A stretch of DNA of 63,957 nt, counting the filler, from Octopus bimaculoides (Eukaryota), in assembly GCF_001194135.2 (NCBI RefSeq). It is 6 parts of 6 records of this genome, joined end to end, with 100 filler letters (N's around TTAATTAATTAA, not from the genome) between each part and the next. Parts side by side here need not be neighbours in the genome. Positions count along the whole stretch, not along the records: positions 1 to 26,555 come from NC_068991.1; 5 more parts are not named here. The stretch is one strand, 5' to 3'. Both the position numbers and the translations under genes were made by a program. Of this stretch, positions 12,721-24,955 are shown one piece after another. The notes under the pieces are model-generated. The model worked only from the letters and a program-made list of their open reading frames with translations, was not told the origin of the DNA and did not search any database. Within the stretch, counting starts at the first letter, position 1, and each line of letters begins with the position of its first letter.

Positions 12721-15046
12721 TAGGCAAGATTTGGCAAAGAAATATACTCCATCTAGTGAGACATAAATATCATTTAATATACACAGTATTTAAATACAAG
12801 CTACAAATAGTTTCATGCTGTGGAAACACAATGTGGAAACCAGTGACTCTATGAACCTGGTTTATTCCAGTCATTTGTGAACAGAGGATTCAGAATATGA
12901 ATTTAGTAATTGTAATTTATGAAGTTTCAGCTTCAGAATATAAATTATACATACTTACAAAATACATACATTCATTTCATCATATGTATATAGTTCAGAT
13001 TTACAGAAAACAAAAGCTGAAGACAGGTGAAGGAATAACAAGCAGGTGTATTAGGTTAATGTATGGGAAGAATGGAAAAGTTCATGTGTGTATCCATATA
13101 TATATTCATATACATGTATATATATATATTTATCCACACACATATAAATATATGTATATGTATATATCTGTGTATGCATCTGTGTGTGTAGATTGCTGAA
13201 CATTTATGTTTACAAATAGGAAAAGAAAAATCATAAAATATGTAATAAAAAAAATGTAGCAAAGAACTACCAAATTAATTTGAACAGGATATAGAAGACT
13301 GAAAATGAATAGAGAAATTCTGCAACTTACAGGCCATTACAACTTGGTAAAGGTTAGGCTTAAGGTTTAGAACTAAGATTAGACTCACAGAATGAAGAGA
13401 ATGCATGTTAAAATGTTAAAAAAAGTATTTAATATAAATAGAAACAAACAAAAACATAAATAAATGTAGAGAATTAATTAAATATGTTTATCATGTTTTT
13501 TCTCCTTCAAAATATTTTCATCTCCTAACATTGTTTCAAGACTGTCGGTGAATGTTGAGCTGAATTTTACATTTTTCACCCCAACCCAGGTAATCATCAT
13601 AAGAGGGCGTTGACTATATGACAGGATGTTATAAGACAGGGAAACAGTTTGTGCTTTGTTTTTTTCCCTGTATCATTCATGTTCTAAGGCTGACTAATAT
13701 CTTTCTCAAGGACAATAAAACCATGCTTCTTCTCACTTAGTCAAAAGCAGACGTTTATTTATATATATGTATATATTTTTGGTAGGTTGTGGTTATGGAG
13801 AGTGGAGTTTGTGGTGGTGGTGTCAGTGTTGATGGCGGTGGTGGTGGTGGTAGTCACAGTGGTTGTGTTNNNNNNNNNNNNNNNNNNNNNNNNNNNNNNN
13901 NNNNNNNNNNNNNNNNNNNNNNNNNNNNNNNNNNNNNNNNNNNNNNNNNNNNNNNNNNNNNNNNNNNNNNNNNNNNNNNNNNNNNNNNNNNNNNNNNNNN
14001 NNNNNNNNNNNNNNNNNNNNNNNNNNNNNNNNNNNNNNNNNNNNNNNNNNNNNNNNNNNNNNNNNNNNNNNNNNNNNNNNNNNNNNNNNNNNNNNNNNNN
14101 NNNNNNNNNNNNNNNNNNNNNNNNNNNNNNNNNNNNNNNNNNNNNNNNNNNNNNNNNNNNNNNNNNNNNNNNNNNNNNNNNNNNNNNNNNNNNNNNNNNN
14201 NNNNNNNNNNNNNNNNNNNNNNNNNNNNNNNNNNNNNNNNNNNNNNNNNNNNNNNNNNNNNNNNNNNNNNNNNNNNNNNNNNNNNNNNNNNNNNNNNNNN
14301 NNNNNNNNNNNNNNNNNNNNNNNNNNNNNNNNNNNNNNNNNNNNNNNNNNNNNNNNNNNNNNNNNNNNNNNNNNNNNNNNNNNNNNNNNNNNNNNNNNNN
14401 NNNNNNNNNNNNNNNNNNNNNNNNNNNNNNNNNNNNNNNNNNNNNNNNNNNNNNNNNNNNNNNNNNNNNNNNNNNNNNNNNNNNNNNNNNNNNNNNNNNN
14501 NNNNNNNNNNNNNNNNNNNNNNNNNNNNNNNNNNNNNNNNNNNNNNNNNNNNNNNNNNNNNNNNNNNNNNNNNNNNNNNNNNNNNNNNNNNNNNNNNNNN
14601 NNNNNNNNNNNNNNNNNNNNNNNNNNNNNNNNNNNNNNNNNNNNNNNNNNNNNNNNNNNNNNNNNNNNNNNNNNNNNNNNNNNNNNNNNNNNTGGTGGTG
14701 GTGGTGGTGGTGTTGATGGTGGAGCTGGCAGCGAAGGTGGCAAGTATCACAAAGAACAAGAACCACAATCCTGTTATCTAATTCTTCAGTCTGGGCTTAG
14801 GCCAACACGACCAAGTCCATGCTGGAGTCTCCTGTCACACAGATGTCAAAAATTAGACGTCAGCCATGTACTTTTAGGTTTAGCTTTCAAGATATGCAAA
14901 AGACAGACACATCACACAGAAACACATAAAGAAAAAAAACAAAAAAAAAAACAAAGCAAAACAGCAAAAAAAAAAAAACTAACAAAAAATGCACAGAAAT
15001 ATTAAAATTTCAGTCGCATGGAAANNNNNNNNNNCACACATACACT

Positions 15047-15096
<50 letters not shown>

Positions 15097-15380
15097 TACA
15101 TACAGCATATTTAACAAAATTTTAATCATTAGCAGATTCTAGACTCGTTTTTATCCATATCAGCTGAAATGTTAAATAAGAATTACTGACATGCTTCAGA
15201 CCAAACTGAAAAGCAAAATTAAGATCTTACTAAGGCAGTAAATCTGTCAAAGTATCATCAGTGAAATATTGAGATTTACAGTACCAGATTATATCCTCCC
15301 CTCAAAATTGCTAGCTTTGTGCCTAAATCAGAAACGTTACTCGCCAGAAATAATCATTATTATTACCATTCTGAATAATA

Positions 15381-15607
15381 AGGCGATGAGCTGGCAGAAC
15401 CGTTAGCACGCACGGCGAAATAAATGCTTACCGGTATTTCGTCTGTCTTTATGTTCTGAGTTCAAATTCCGCCGAGGTCGACTTTGGCTTTCATCCTTTC
15501 GGAGTTGATAAATTAAGTACCAGTTGCATACTGGAGTCGATCTAATCGACTGGCCCCCTCCCCGAAAATTTCAGGCTTTGTGCATTGAGCAGAAAAGATT
15601 ATTATTA
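15381..15607 (+). mobile_element. SINE family B (GAGCTGGCAGAA head, GACTTTGCCTTTCATCCTTTCGG domain, (ATT)n tail)
   Basis: Near-complete, CpG-retaining copy; homologues at 16075-16450, 19975-20470(-), 21055-21355(-), 34150-34290, 46670-47060 and 57590-57790(-). Confidence 0.85.
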
Positions 15608-15610
15608 TTA

Positions 15611-15730
15611 ACTCAGGTTTTGTTGTAACTTCTGGAGTCTTGCATGTGCAGTGGACTTGATGCCTGCCATCTTTTCTTTTCAGCTAACACTTTCCTGATT
15701 CTTCTGACCATACCAAGGAGGCAAACCTTT
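15611..15730 (-). mobile_element. 3' tip of a Dong/R4-like element (family 2) ending in (TAA)n
   Basis: Minus strand KVCLLGMVRRIRKVL resembles the R4/Dong C-terminal LLGTARI.RKVL motif; followed by TAA repeats. Confidence 0.55.
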
Positions 15731-16036
15731 TATTATTATTATTATTTTATGTTTGACTTTTGTTTTGCATTTGTACAAGTTAGAGCCAAGTCTCACCCAG
15801 AGACCTCAAGAGACAACAAGCTAGAAGTTCATGTAGGTGTTATGCCTAGGGCACCATATATTTGGATTTGTACAGTTTTGTTCTAGTGAATGTTTAAGAA
15901 ACCATAAGAAAATTGTGTTTGCTTTAAAATTTGAGATCACATAGACAGTATTTTACGTAGGATATGGGCAGTTCCCATGAGCACTATCTTTTGAACTTCA
16001 GCCATTTTGGGGTTTCCTGGTATCTGAGCTAGGTAT
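15731..16036 (-). mobile_element. 3' end of a Dong/R4-like element (family 3): ORF terminus, 3' UTR and (TAA)n tail
   Basis: Minus strand YLAQIPGNPKMAEVQKIVLMGTAHILRKILSM* (stop at 15937-15939), ~190-nt UTR, TAA tail; TAT/ATT arrays on both flanks. Confidence 0.8.
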
Positions 16037-16854
16037 ATTATTATTATTATTATAAATATTATTATTATTATTGAAACAGAATCGTTAGTGCATTGGCCAA
16101 ACACTTAGCAACATTTCTTCTGGTTCTCTGCATTCTGAGTTCAAATTCCAGTGAGGTCAGTTTTGCCATTTCATTCTTTCCTATCGGGTTTGATAGAATA
16201 AAGCACTGGTATTGATGAAATCAACTAGTCCCATCCCCTCAAAACTGCTGTCTTCTTAATGTCTCTTCATCTATCACCCTTGTGGCAAATAACGTTTAGT
16301 ATTATTATTCTGCCAAGGTCAACTTTGCCTTTCATCCTTTGAGGGTCAACAAATTGAGCACCAGTGGAGTACTGGGGTTGATGTTAATCGACTTACCTCT
16401 TCCCCACAAAAATTTCAGGTCTTGTGCTTTTAGTAGAAAGGATTTTTATTATCATTATCATTGTTGTTATAATAATAATAATAATAATAATAATTATTAT
16501 TATTATCATAATCATTGTTGTTGTTGTTGTTGCTACTGAAACAATACCAGCATGACCACCACCACCATCATTATTACTATTATTTGCCATCATCATTGCA
16601 AAAAAAAAAAAAAAAGAGAAAAAGTGTCTGCAATGAATATGATGTCTGATTAATAATTTGATGTGTGTGCCACTAGGTTATATGGTTATCTCGTAGTGTT
16701 TCCATAGTTACTGGCCAGTTCCAAAATGAAATTCTGTGAAAATTGTTGCTAACTATTAGAGTAAAGAGCCGTGATTAGGAAATGACTCGTCAAATGTGAA
16801 GAAGATCTATGATGCTTCTGCAGCATTTCTCAAACATTGGAGTTTGAGAGTGAG

Positions 16855-17430
16855 TGGTGGTGGGTCATGGGCAATGATGGGTGAGTGGTGGGGGTGAGTG
16901 GTGAGGGTAAGTGGTGAAGGTGAGTGGTGAGTGTGAGTGGTGAGGGTGAGTGGTGAGGGTGAGGAGTGGATGGTGAAGAGTGAATGGTGAGTGATGAAGA
17001 GTGAATGGTGAGTGATGAAGGTTAAGGATGAGTGGTGAAAGGTGAGGGTGAATAGTGAGAAGTGAGTGACAAGTGGTGAGGGTGAGTGATGAGATGTGAG
17101 TGGTGAGTGGTGAGGGTGAGTGGTGAGGGCGAGTAATGAGGAGTGGATGGTGAATGGTGAGTGATGAAGGTTAAGGATAAGTGGTGAAAAGTGAGGGTGA
17201 ATAGTGAGAAGTGAGTGACAAGTGGTGAGGGTGAGTGATGAGATGTGACTGGTGAGGTTGAGTGGTGAGGAGTAGATGGTGAATGGTGAAGAGTGAATGG
17301 TGAGTGATGAAGGTTAAGGATGAGTGGTGAAAAGTGAGGGTGAATAGTGAGAAGTGAGTGACAAGTGGTGAAGGTGAGTGATGAGATGTGAGTGGTGAGA
17401 GTGAATAGTGAGTGGTGATGGTGAATAAGA
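16855..17430. repeat. Strand-asymmetric G/A-rich minisatellite with ~145-bp higher-order period
   Basis: Built from GAGTGGTGAGGGT-like motifs; marker GTTAAGGAT recurs at about 17021, 17170 and 17313. Confidence 0.85.
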
Positions 17431-18618
17431 TGGTGATGGTGGTGGTGGTGGTGCTGGTGATGATGATGATGAAGATGATGGGCCACGACAAGCGACAAAA
17501 TGTTGTGTTGTTAGAGAAGACTTGTCCAACCCATCCTGGCACGGCAAAAAGCAAATGACTTGATATTGCTCCTGATGATGATGATGATGGTAATTGCGAT
17601 AGTGATGATGATGATGATGATGATGATATTCATTGTTTCCAGCTACCGGACATGGTAATTTGACATTAAATGACGCACACTACTCTGGATTGTCGATTTG
17701 ATTTCATTGTCGGATACTTTCAACTAAATGAACCAGCACATGTAGAAACACACACATACATACACACACAAACAGAGAAAAACATGCAGAAACAAATGAA
17801 AACACACACACACATACACGTGCTAGCTAATATGTTTGCATGTACAGACATACACATATCAGATGCAGGGAAGTGTATACGTGCATACAGCTATCATTAT
17901 ATCAACATATACCCTGTTGTACATTTACAGATCTATATAATTTTACTAATAAACTCACATGTATGTTTATACATACATACATACATATATATATATATGT
18001 GCATACACATACATGTATATATTTACACATGCATGCAGGTACACACATGTACACACAGACGTACATGTATACAAACTAGCACCTTTACAAACACAAACAT
18101 ATACAAAGTCACACACAAACACACGGGCACAACTGTGTACTCACACACATACAGGTATACATACACATACAGAATTGCATACAGAGAACTGAACATACAC
18201 ACCAACAGACACACACATTCACTTATACTTTCATCTCTTTGTTGCTCCTGGAATTAGCAGAAATTTTAATACCGATGTCAGCGAAATCCTTTGATGTATC
18301 TCAGGTGTGTGATTATCTGCATAAGAGTACTACAACATGAAGAGGAGAGCAAGTCTCCGTCTCCACTCACCTAATTAACTATTGAAAAATATATAAAACA
18401 CTGACCACTACACCTTGTGTCTGAGCCAGTAGAATAGCAAGCCAATCTACTGCTAGAAATAGCAGTCATCTCTCTCTCTCTACTGTAATTTAGATACACC
18501 TATATACACTATGTCTAATTCTAAGATAGGATGGTCATGGTTTGGAACATCTTTAATCATAGATAGGCATGGCTGTGTGTTTGAGAAGTATATATATATA
18601 AAGCACAGATGTGACTTT

Positions 18619-18990
18619 GAGGTAAGAAGCTTGCTTCCCAACCACATGGATCTAGGTTCAGTCCCACTGCGTGGCACCTTAGGCAAGTGTCTTCTGCTAC
18701 AGCTTCAGGCCAACCAAAGTCTTGTATGTGGATTTGGTAGAAAGAAACTGAAAGAAGCCCATCGTGTGTGTGTGTGTCTGTCTGTCTTTGTGTCTGTGTT
18801 TGTCCAAACCCTTCCTCGACAACAAGTGTTGATGTGTTTACATCCCTGTGACTTAGCAGTTTGGTAAAAGTAACAGATAGAATAAACACCAGGCTTAAAA
18901 AGCACAAGTACTGGGTTTGATGCATTCAACTAAAATACTTCAAGGCAGTGCTCCAGTGTGGCCACCATCTAACGACTGAAACAAAAGATA
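18619..18990 (+). mobile_element. Near full-length SINE family A copy
   Basis: Head, CORE-like body, TG tract and 3' GGTGCTCCAG...GACTGAAAC-AAAAGA tail are all present. Confidence 0.85.
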
Positions 18991-19240
18991 AAACATGTAT
19001 GCATGCATGCATGTCTGTCTGTCTGTCTGTATGTATGTATGTATGTATGGAAGATGGATATTCCTTGTCTTGACATTGTAGCAACGGTAAACCATCATAT
19101 GATGATGGTGATCACCATCAAAAGCTGACCTGGGGTTAAAGTACAAGAACAGTTACTATACACAAGCGTATAGTCCTATACACTACATATCATATAATGT
19201 ATATTAAATATACGCTATATTATATATCATAAAAGGTATA

Positions 19241-19500
19241 TGTAGCTTAGTGGTTAGAGTGTTGCATTCATGATCACTAGATAGAGGGTTCGATTCCCAG
19301 ACCAGACAGTGTGTTGTGTTCTTGAGCAAAACACTTCATTTCACTTTGTCCCAGTCCACTCAGCCGTAAATGGATGGCCCCATGACGGAATAGCCTTCCA
19401 ATCAGGGGGAATGTTGGCCTGCTCACCAAGCCATGGGGTGGCATCATTTGAAAGCTAAAACAATGCAAAGCGCACTGTGACAAGTGATGTATAACAGCAT
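19241..19500 (+). mobile_element. tRNA-derived SINE (family E)
   Basis: TAGCTTAGTGG (A box) and GGGTTCGATTCCC (B box), followed by GTGTTGTGTTCTTGAGCAAAACACTTCATTTC. Confidence 0.75.
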
Positions 19501-19921
19501 CCCACAGTCTTGTCGATACTGTGATATCATAAACTAGATATACTCATTTTATATATTCCATATTCTACATACAAGCAAAAAATCCTTATTGTGGCCGTCT
19601 CTGCCCCAGTCCTCTTGACTCTGTATAAATTTCTGTTGCATAATATAATTTGTATAATTTTAAACATACATACATGCACGCACACATGCACACACACATA
19701 CACACACACACAGATGATGATGAGTTGGAGCAGCTGTAGTCCATTGAACTGAATGTAGTAAATATTTCCTGCAGACTAATAGTTGGATAAAAAGCAATGC
19801 AGATGCTGACTGGCAGGATGTGCAATTGGTCATTAATCAACAAAATTAATTACTGGCCGGTGTGTTACCATCTGTGCCTTCATTACAAGCCTGTTAATAC
19901 TATCACAATAAATCGTATTAC

Positions 19922-19953
<32 letters not shown>

Positions 19954-19974
19954 CTACAACAAATATAATAATAA

Positions 19975-21355
19975 TTCTTTCTACTATTAGCACAAGGCCT
20001 TAAATTATGGGGTAGGGAGCTAGCCAATTACAATGACACCAGTGTTTCACTGGTACTTAATTTATTGACCCCAAAAGGATAAAAGGCAAAGTTGACCTTG
20101 GCGGAATTTGAACTCAGAACATAGCGACGGGTGAAATATCACTAAGCATTTCGTCCAGCATGCTAACATTTCTTCTAGCTCGCTGCCTTAAATGCAATAA
20201 ATAATAATGATAATATTAAATTAAGGCACAAGGTCAGCTATTTTGGAGGATAGGGTAAGTTGATTATACAGACCCCGGTGTTCAATTGGTATATATTTTA
20301 TCAACCTCAAAAGGGATGATGGGTAAAGCCAACTTCAGCAGAATTTGAACTCAGAACATAAAGACAGACGAAATGCCACAAAGCATTTTGCCTGGTGCAC
20401 TAACAATTCTGCCAGCTCACCAACTCATAAACGAGGATGATGATGATTTCAAATTTGGGCACAAAGCCAGTAACTTTAGGGATTGAGGGTCAGTTGCCTG
20501 ATTATGTAATCAATGATTTAAGTTTGCCTGCTTTCGAAATAACAAAGGACTGAAGTTAAACAAAGTTCTATATTATATATTCAAGAGGGTTAATAAAATT
20601 TGTTGATTAATTCTCATTAGTCATTTTTATGCAACATCTTGCAAGAAGTAATTCAATTCTTCAAATGGTTCTCCAGCAAAGCATTGCAAACAAGCTTGAA
20701 AGTAGTTTATATTATATTACACATTTATCGCACAGCATGTCTGCTACGCTGTGCAGGTGTGCAGCCATGCATTGGCTGCATTGATGTTGCAAGCATCAAA
20801 ATGTTGCCATTAGTTTTAATTCACAAAATGCATTTCCAAAACTAAGGATAGGTTTATCTCAAATGATGATATCACATGTATTTCCACTGGACAGCACATC
20901 TACTTCTGGGAAGCAGAACTGCGTAGTTAAGAAGTTCACTTTGCAACCAAATGGTTACAGGTTCAGTCCCACTGACAGTCACGTGTTAACTTATTTATAT
21001 TCTTTTTCAAAGCTGCATTTACATTAGGCTATATCATTGTCATCATTTTAGCAGACGAAATACTGCTAAGCATTTTGCCCGGTGTGCTAATGATTCTGTC
21101 AGCATGCCGCCTTTTTAGCACCTCTATATATTCTTTTTTTTTTCTACTCTAGCACAAGGCCTGAATTTTGGTGGGGAGGGAAGCCAGTCGATTAGATCTA
21201 CCCCAGTGCGTAACTGGTACTTATTTTATCGACTCCTGAAAGGATGAAAGGCAAAGTCGACCTTGACGGAATTTGAACTCAGAACATAATGGCAGACAAA
21301 ATACTGCTAAGCATTTCGCCTGGTGTGCTAACAGTTCTGCCAGATTGCCACCTTA
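19975..21355 (-). mobile_element. Cluster of four SINE family B copies in the same orientation
   Basis: Copies at about 19975-20190, 20225-20425, 21055-21115 and 21145-21355 share GGAATTTGAACTCAGAAC...AAGCATTT. Confidence 0.8.
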
Positions 21356-22149
21356 AACAGCATCTCTATATATTACAATAAAAATTGTGTCATGTCACTG
21401 AGAATGTTTGAAGACAGTTAGCTTCCATTTTTAAGCAGGGATGGCCTTCATATCTTGTCGAAACTGAATTATCATCTTTGTAAGAAAAATACAAAAGATA
21501 ACAATAGGAGTTGCTTTCAAATATCAATACACAAGTGACACTGTCTCTACCATTTGCGTCTATGCAAAAGTTCAAAAATGAATTTACCAGAGGAAAGAAA
21601 TGGCAAGAAGGGAAGTTTGATTATTTAAAACAACGTCTCATCTAACACAGTCATTCAGAAGTTATAGCCAAATCACAAAACCTGAACGAAGGTTATTATT
21701 TTGAGAATGTTAAAAGAGACTCCACTTGAGCAAAAATCCAGAGTAGAACAAGAGGCTCAACCCTGGAGGAAGTTTACTGTTGATAAGGTTAAAGTCCTTA
21801 TTGACGATATCACTTTAACAGTTAAATACTTCAGCAAAAATTAATTCACACTTAACCAAACATGTTAATATTTTTCTGAGCTGATGTAGTAAGAAATCAT
21901 TGTCGTCGTCATTATCATCACCACCACCACCACCACAATCATCATCATCATTTTAACATCCCCTTTTCCATGCTTGCATGGGTTGGGTGAGTTTATTGAG
22001 GCATATTTTCTATTTCATGGGCCTCTACAGTCACAACAGACACTGCACTGCCATCAGCAGCTGATATACTTTCTTCAGGCACAGATTCATGGCCTCTTGA
22101 GACCAATGGATGCCTACTGTAACTATAACTAATTATTATTATTATTATT

Positions 22150-22570
22150 ATTTATTCAAAGCATTGCCTGGAATTGAACTCGAAATCTTGAGGTTAGTAG
22201 CCTGCACTCTTAACCACAGGCATGAAGCATAATGGTTAAGAACATAGGCTACTAGCCCCAAGATTCCGAGATCTATTCCAGGCAGTGCCTTGAATAATAA
22301 TGATGATGATGATGATGATGATACCAATATTAATAATAATAATAATATTAATAAAAAAGCACATAGAAAACACCTTTTGATGAATAACATCAGCAAAAAA
22401 TACCTTAGGAATGAGAATCTAGGGTTCGGTTCAAAATTCTATCAAGATACCTGATGAAGGCTGGGGAGTAAATCAGTCGAAACATTGTGATAACAACCAT
22501 CAAGATGAGGACACATACCTGTCCAATGCAAATAATATAAATAATGTACAGAATTCCTCATCTCTAAAAT
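22150..22570 (+). mobile_element. tRNA-headed element with an inverted duplicated head and a downstream hammerhead-ribozyme motif
   Basis: 22150-22216 is the reverse complement of 22233-22301 (A-box-like GCATAATGG; B-box-like GAGATCTATTCC / GAGTTCAATTCC). An AAT/GAT tract follows, then CTGATGA...GAAAC at 22451-22483. Confidence 0.6.
22447..22491 (+). ncRNA. Minimal type I hammerhead-ribozyme-like motif
   Basis: ATAC-CTGATGA-A-GGCTG-loop-CAGTC-GAAAC-AT-T-GTG: intact core, 5-bp stem II, 3-bp stem I; stem III ACAT is one change from the palindrome ACGT. Confidence 0.6.
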
Positions 22571-22602
22571 GCAGAGCATAAATGCTGTCAGCCTCTATAA
22601 CC

Positions 22603-23085
22603 CAGAATACTGAGCAAATTAAGTTTCGAAGTTGTTTAAAAAAACGTAGTAGAATTGGTATAAAATTTTCAACTCTTTCATTGCTATAATTCTGTGGAAA
22701 TATACTGCCTTTGTTACAAATAATTTTGAAGAATTCAGTGGAACAACTTTGTTATCATCAAACTGATATTTGGAACAAAAATTATCATAGAATTTTGATG
22801 GAATTTTCTTCCTTAAAATGTTCTAATTGATCATTCTGACATATAAATTCTGTTAGCCTGTACTACGCAGAATAGTGAGCTAATTAAGTTTTGCAAGTTG
22901 TATTGTTTTTTTAAAAAATTGTACTATTGGTATAAAAATTTTAAACTCTTTCATTGCGATATTTTTGTTGAAATATATTGCATTTCTTGCGAATAATTTT
23001 GAAGAATTCAGTGAAACAACATTGTTATTATTAAATTGATATTTGGAACAAAAATCAAATTAGAATTTTGATGAAATTTTCTAAC
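22603..23085. repeat. Diverged tandem duplication, ~265-bp period
   Basis: CAGAATA(C/G)TGAGC(A/T)AATTAAGTTT starts at 22603 and 22868; colinear through GAAGAATTCAGTG and GATATTTGGAACAAAAAT. Confidence 0.85.
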
Positions 23086-23611
23086 GGAGTTATTGAGCCA
23101 GAGGTAGTTTCAGGTATTTTACAATTGAAAGAATTAATTAGCAGGAAAATTTATGCTGAAATGGTAGATTACAAATTTTTATAAAATACTCAATGCATAT
23201 TCTTTCTAATGAAAGTAAATGCGAGAAAAGCTGAATGAAAGCTAAAAATACTATGTTGTAGCTATGAATATAAAAAGGTTATGTTCAGTGGTTAAGAAAA
23301 GTTAGAGAAAATGTTGATATGGTATTATATATTAGATATATATTAGCTATACTCTATACTGTATATAACAGATATACCACAGATGATATATATATATATA
23401 TATATATATATGTGTATGTATGCATGCATTTATAAAATACGAGATATATTTTATATTATATATCACATGCAGTATGTATATCTATTATCTAATAACTGAC
23501 ACTTCATCGGTTATGACAACAAGTATTCCAGCTGATCCAACAAACAGGACAGCCTGCATGCTAAGCATTTTGCTCAGAGTGCTAACAATTCTCCCACCTC
23601 CCTGCCTTAAA

Positions 23612-23762
23612 GAATAATAATAATAATAACAATAATAATAATAATAATAACAATAATAATAACAATAATAATAACAATAACAACAATAACAACAATAACA
23701 ACAATAATAATAACAATAATAATAATAACAATAATAACAATAATAATAATAATAATAATAAC

Positions 23763-23797
<35 letters not shown>

Positions 23798-23819
23798 TAA
23801 CAATAATAATAATAATAAC

Positions 23820-23849
<30 letters not shown>
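23612..23849. repeat. (AAT)n/(AAC)n trinucleotide array
   Basis: Seen directly; source of the spurious poly-Leu/Tyr/Asn ORFs. Confidence 0.95.
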
Positions 23850-23850
<1 letters not shown>

Positions 23851-24209
23851 TGTGTGTGTGCATTGTCTCAAAATCCAGAAGTCAATAAAAATAAGCACTA
23901 ACACTAATTAGGTAGCAACATGAGTATATTATTAATAAAAATGAAATACAATATTATTGTTTCATAATAGCCAGATTACTAATTAACAGAGAGAGTTGCA
24001 GTAGGGAGGATATGTCAATGATGAGGTCATGAATGGTGACGAAAGGACCTTGGCAAACCTCGCCGATTGATTGCTTGACTGAATAATTAATCAAACAATG
24101 AATTAGTTAACTGGTTAAGGGCTTAACCAATTGACTAATAACAACAGAAGTGAAATAGGCCCAGTGCATGTGTTTATCATTGGCACAATGACCCTCCCAA
24201 AATATAACA

Positions 24210-24254
<45 letters not shown>

Positions 24255-24898
24255 TGTGGTGGCATGGTAAGTAGTTTGCTTCCTAACCATGTGGCTTCTT
24301 TCAGTTTCCATCGACTAGACCCACTTACAAAGCAGGATTGTCCCAGGGCTATTGCAGAAGACACTTGCCCGAGGTGCCAAGCAATGGGAGTGAACCTGGA
24401 GCCATGTGGTTGCAAAGCAAACTTCTTACCACATGACCACACCTGCAACTATATATGCATTGCAGCTCTACAAAAAAAACTCAGTTTCCAAGATGTGGCA
24501 GATGGTATCTGTCGTACAAACTCTTTTTCTTTTAAATATAGCTTTAACCTCTGTCTACCCATAAATTTTTCAAAAGAATCATAAAAAATTTCAAAGAATA
24601 TTTTATTCAACACACAGCCAACAAGATTTCTTTCTGTTCTATGATTAAATTACCATGTTGATGCCAGGCCAATTTTCCTTCAAATCTGAACAGCATATCA
24701 AAATTCTGTTACTGATAGGCCATTATTATTCTAACAGCCTAACACTTTGAAAACATATTTTCTAATGTTCCGTGAGCTTTCAATTCACTTTGTAACTTAA
24801 ATTTCTCTTTGATGCCAGAAGGCAATAGATCAGAATTTTAAATTCAATGATGCATTAAAATATGTGTCTGTGTGTGTGTACTTGTGCATGCATGCATA

Positions 24899-24955
<57 letters not shown>

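Noticed and set aside
12959-13016. Minus-strand splice-bounded segment AFVFCKSELYTYDEMN
   Set aside because: Good splice signals but no recognisable product or consistent partner exons; cannot be separated from chance without RNA data.
17643-17654. 12-nt microexon-like CTACCGGACATG between a strong acceptor and donor
   Set aside because: Too short to evaluate; such pairs arise by chance in 64 kb.
19241-19310. tRNA-like sequences here and at 22233, 35940-36008 and SINE-A heads
   Set aside because: Lack a complete cloverleaf or acceptor stem and continue into repeat bodies; SINE heads, not tRNA genes.
21390-21780. Long broken frame with GWP motif, faintly Gypsy-like
   Set aside because: Multiple stops, and downstream residues do not follow the Gypsy integrase-region pattern.
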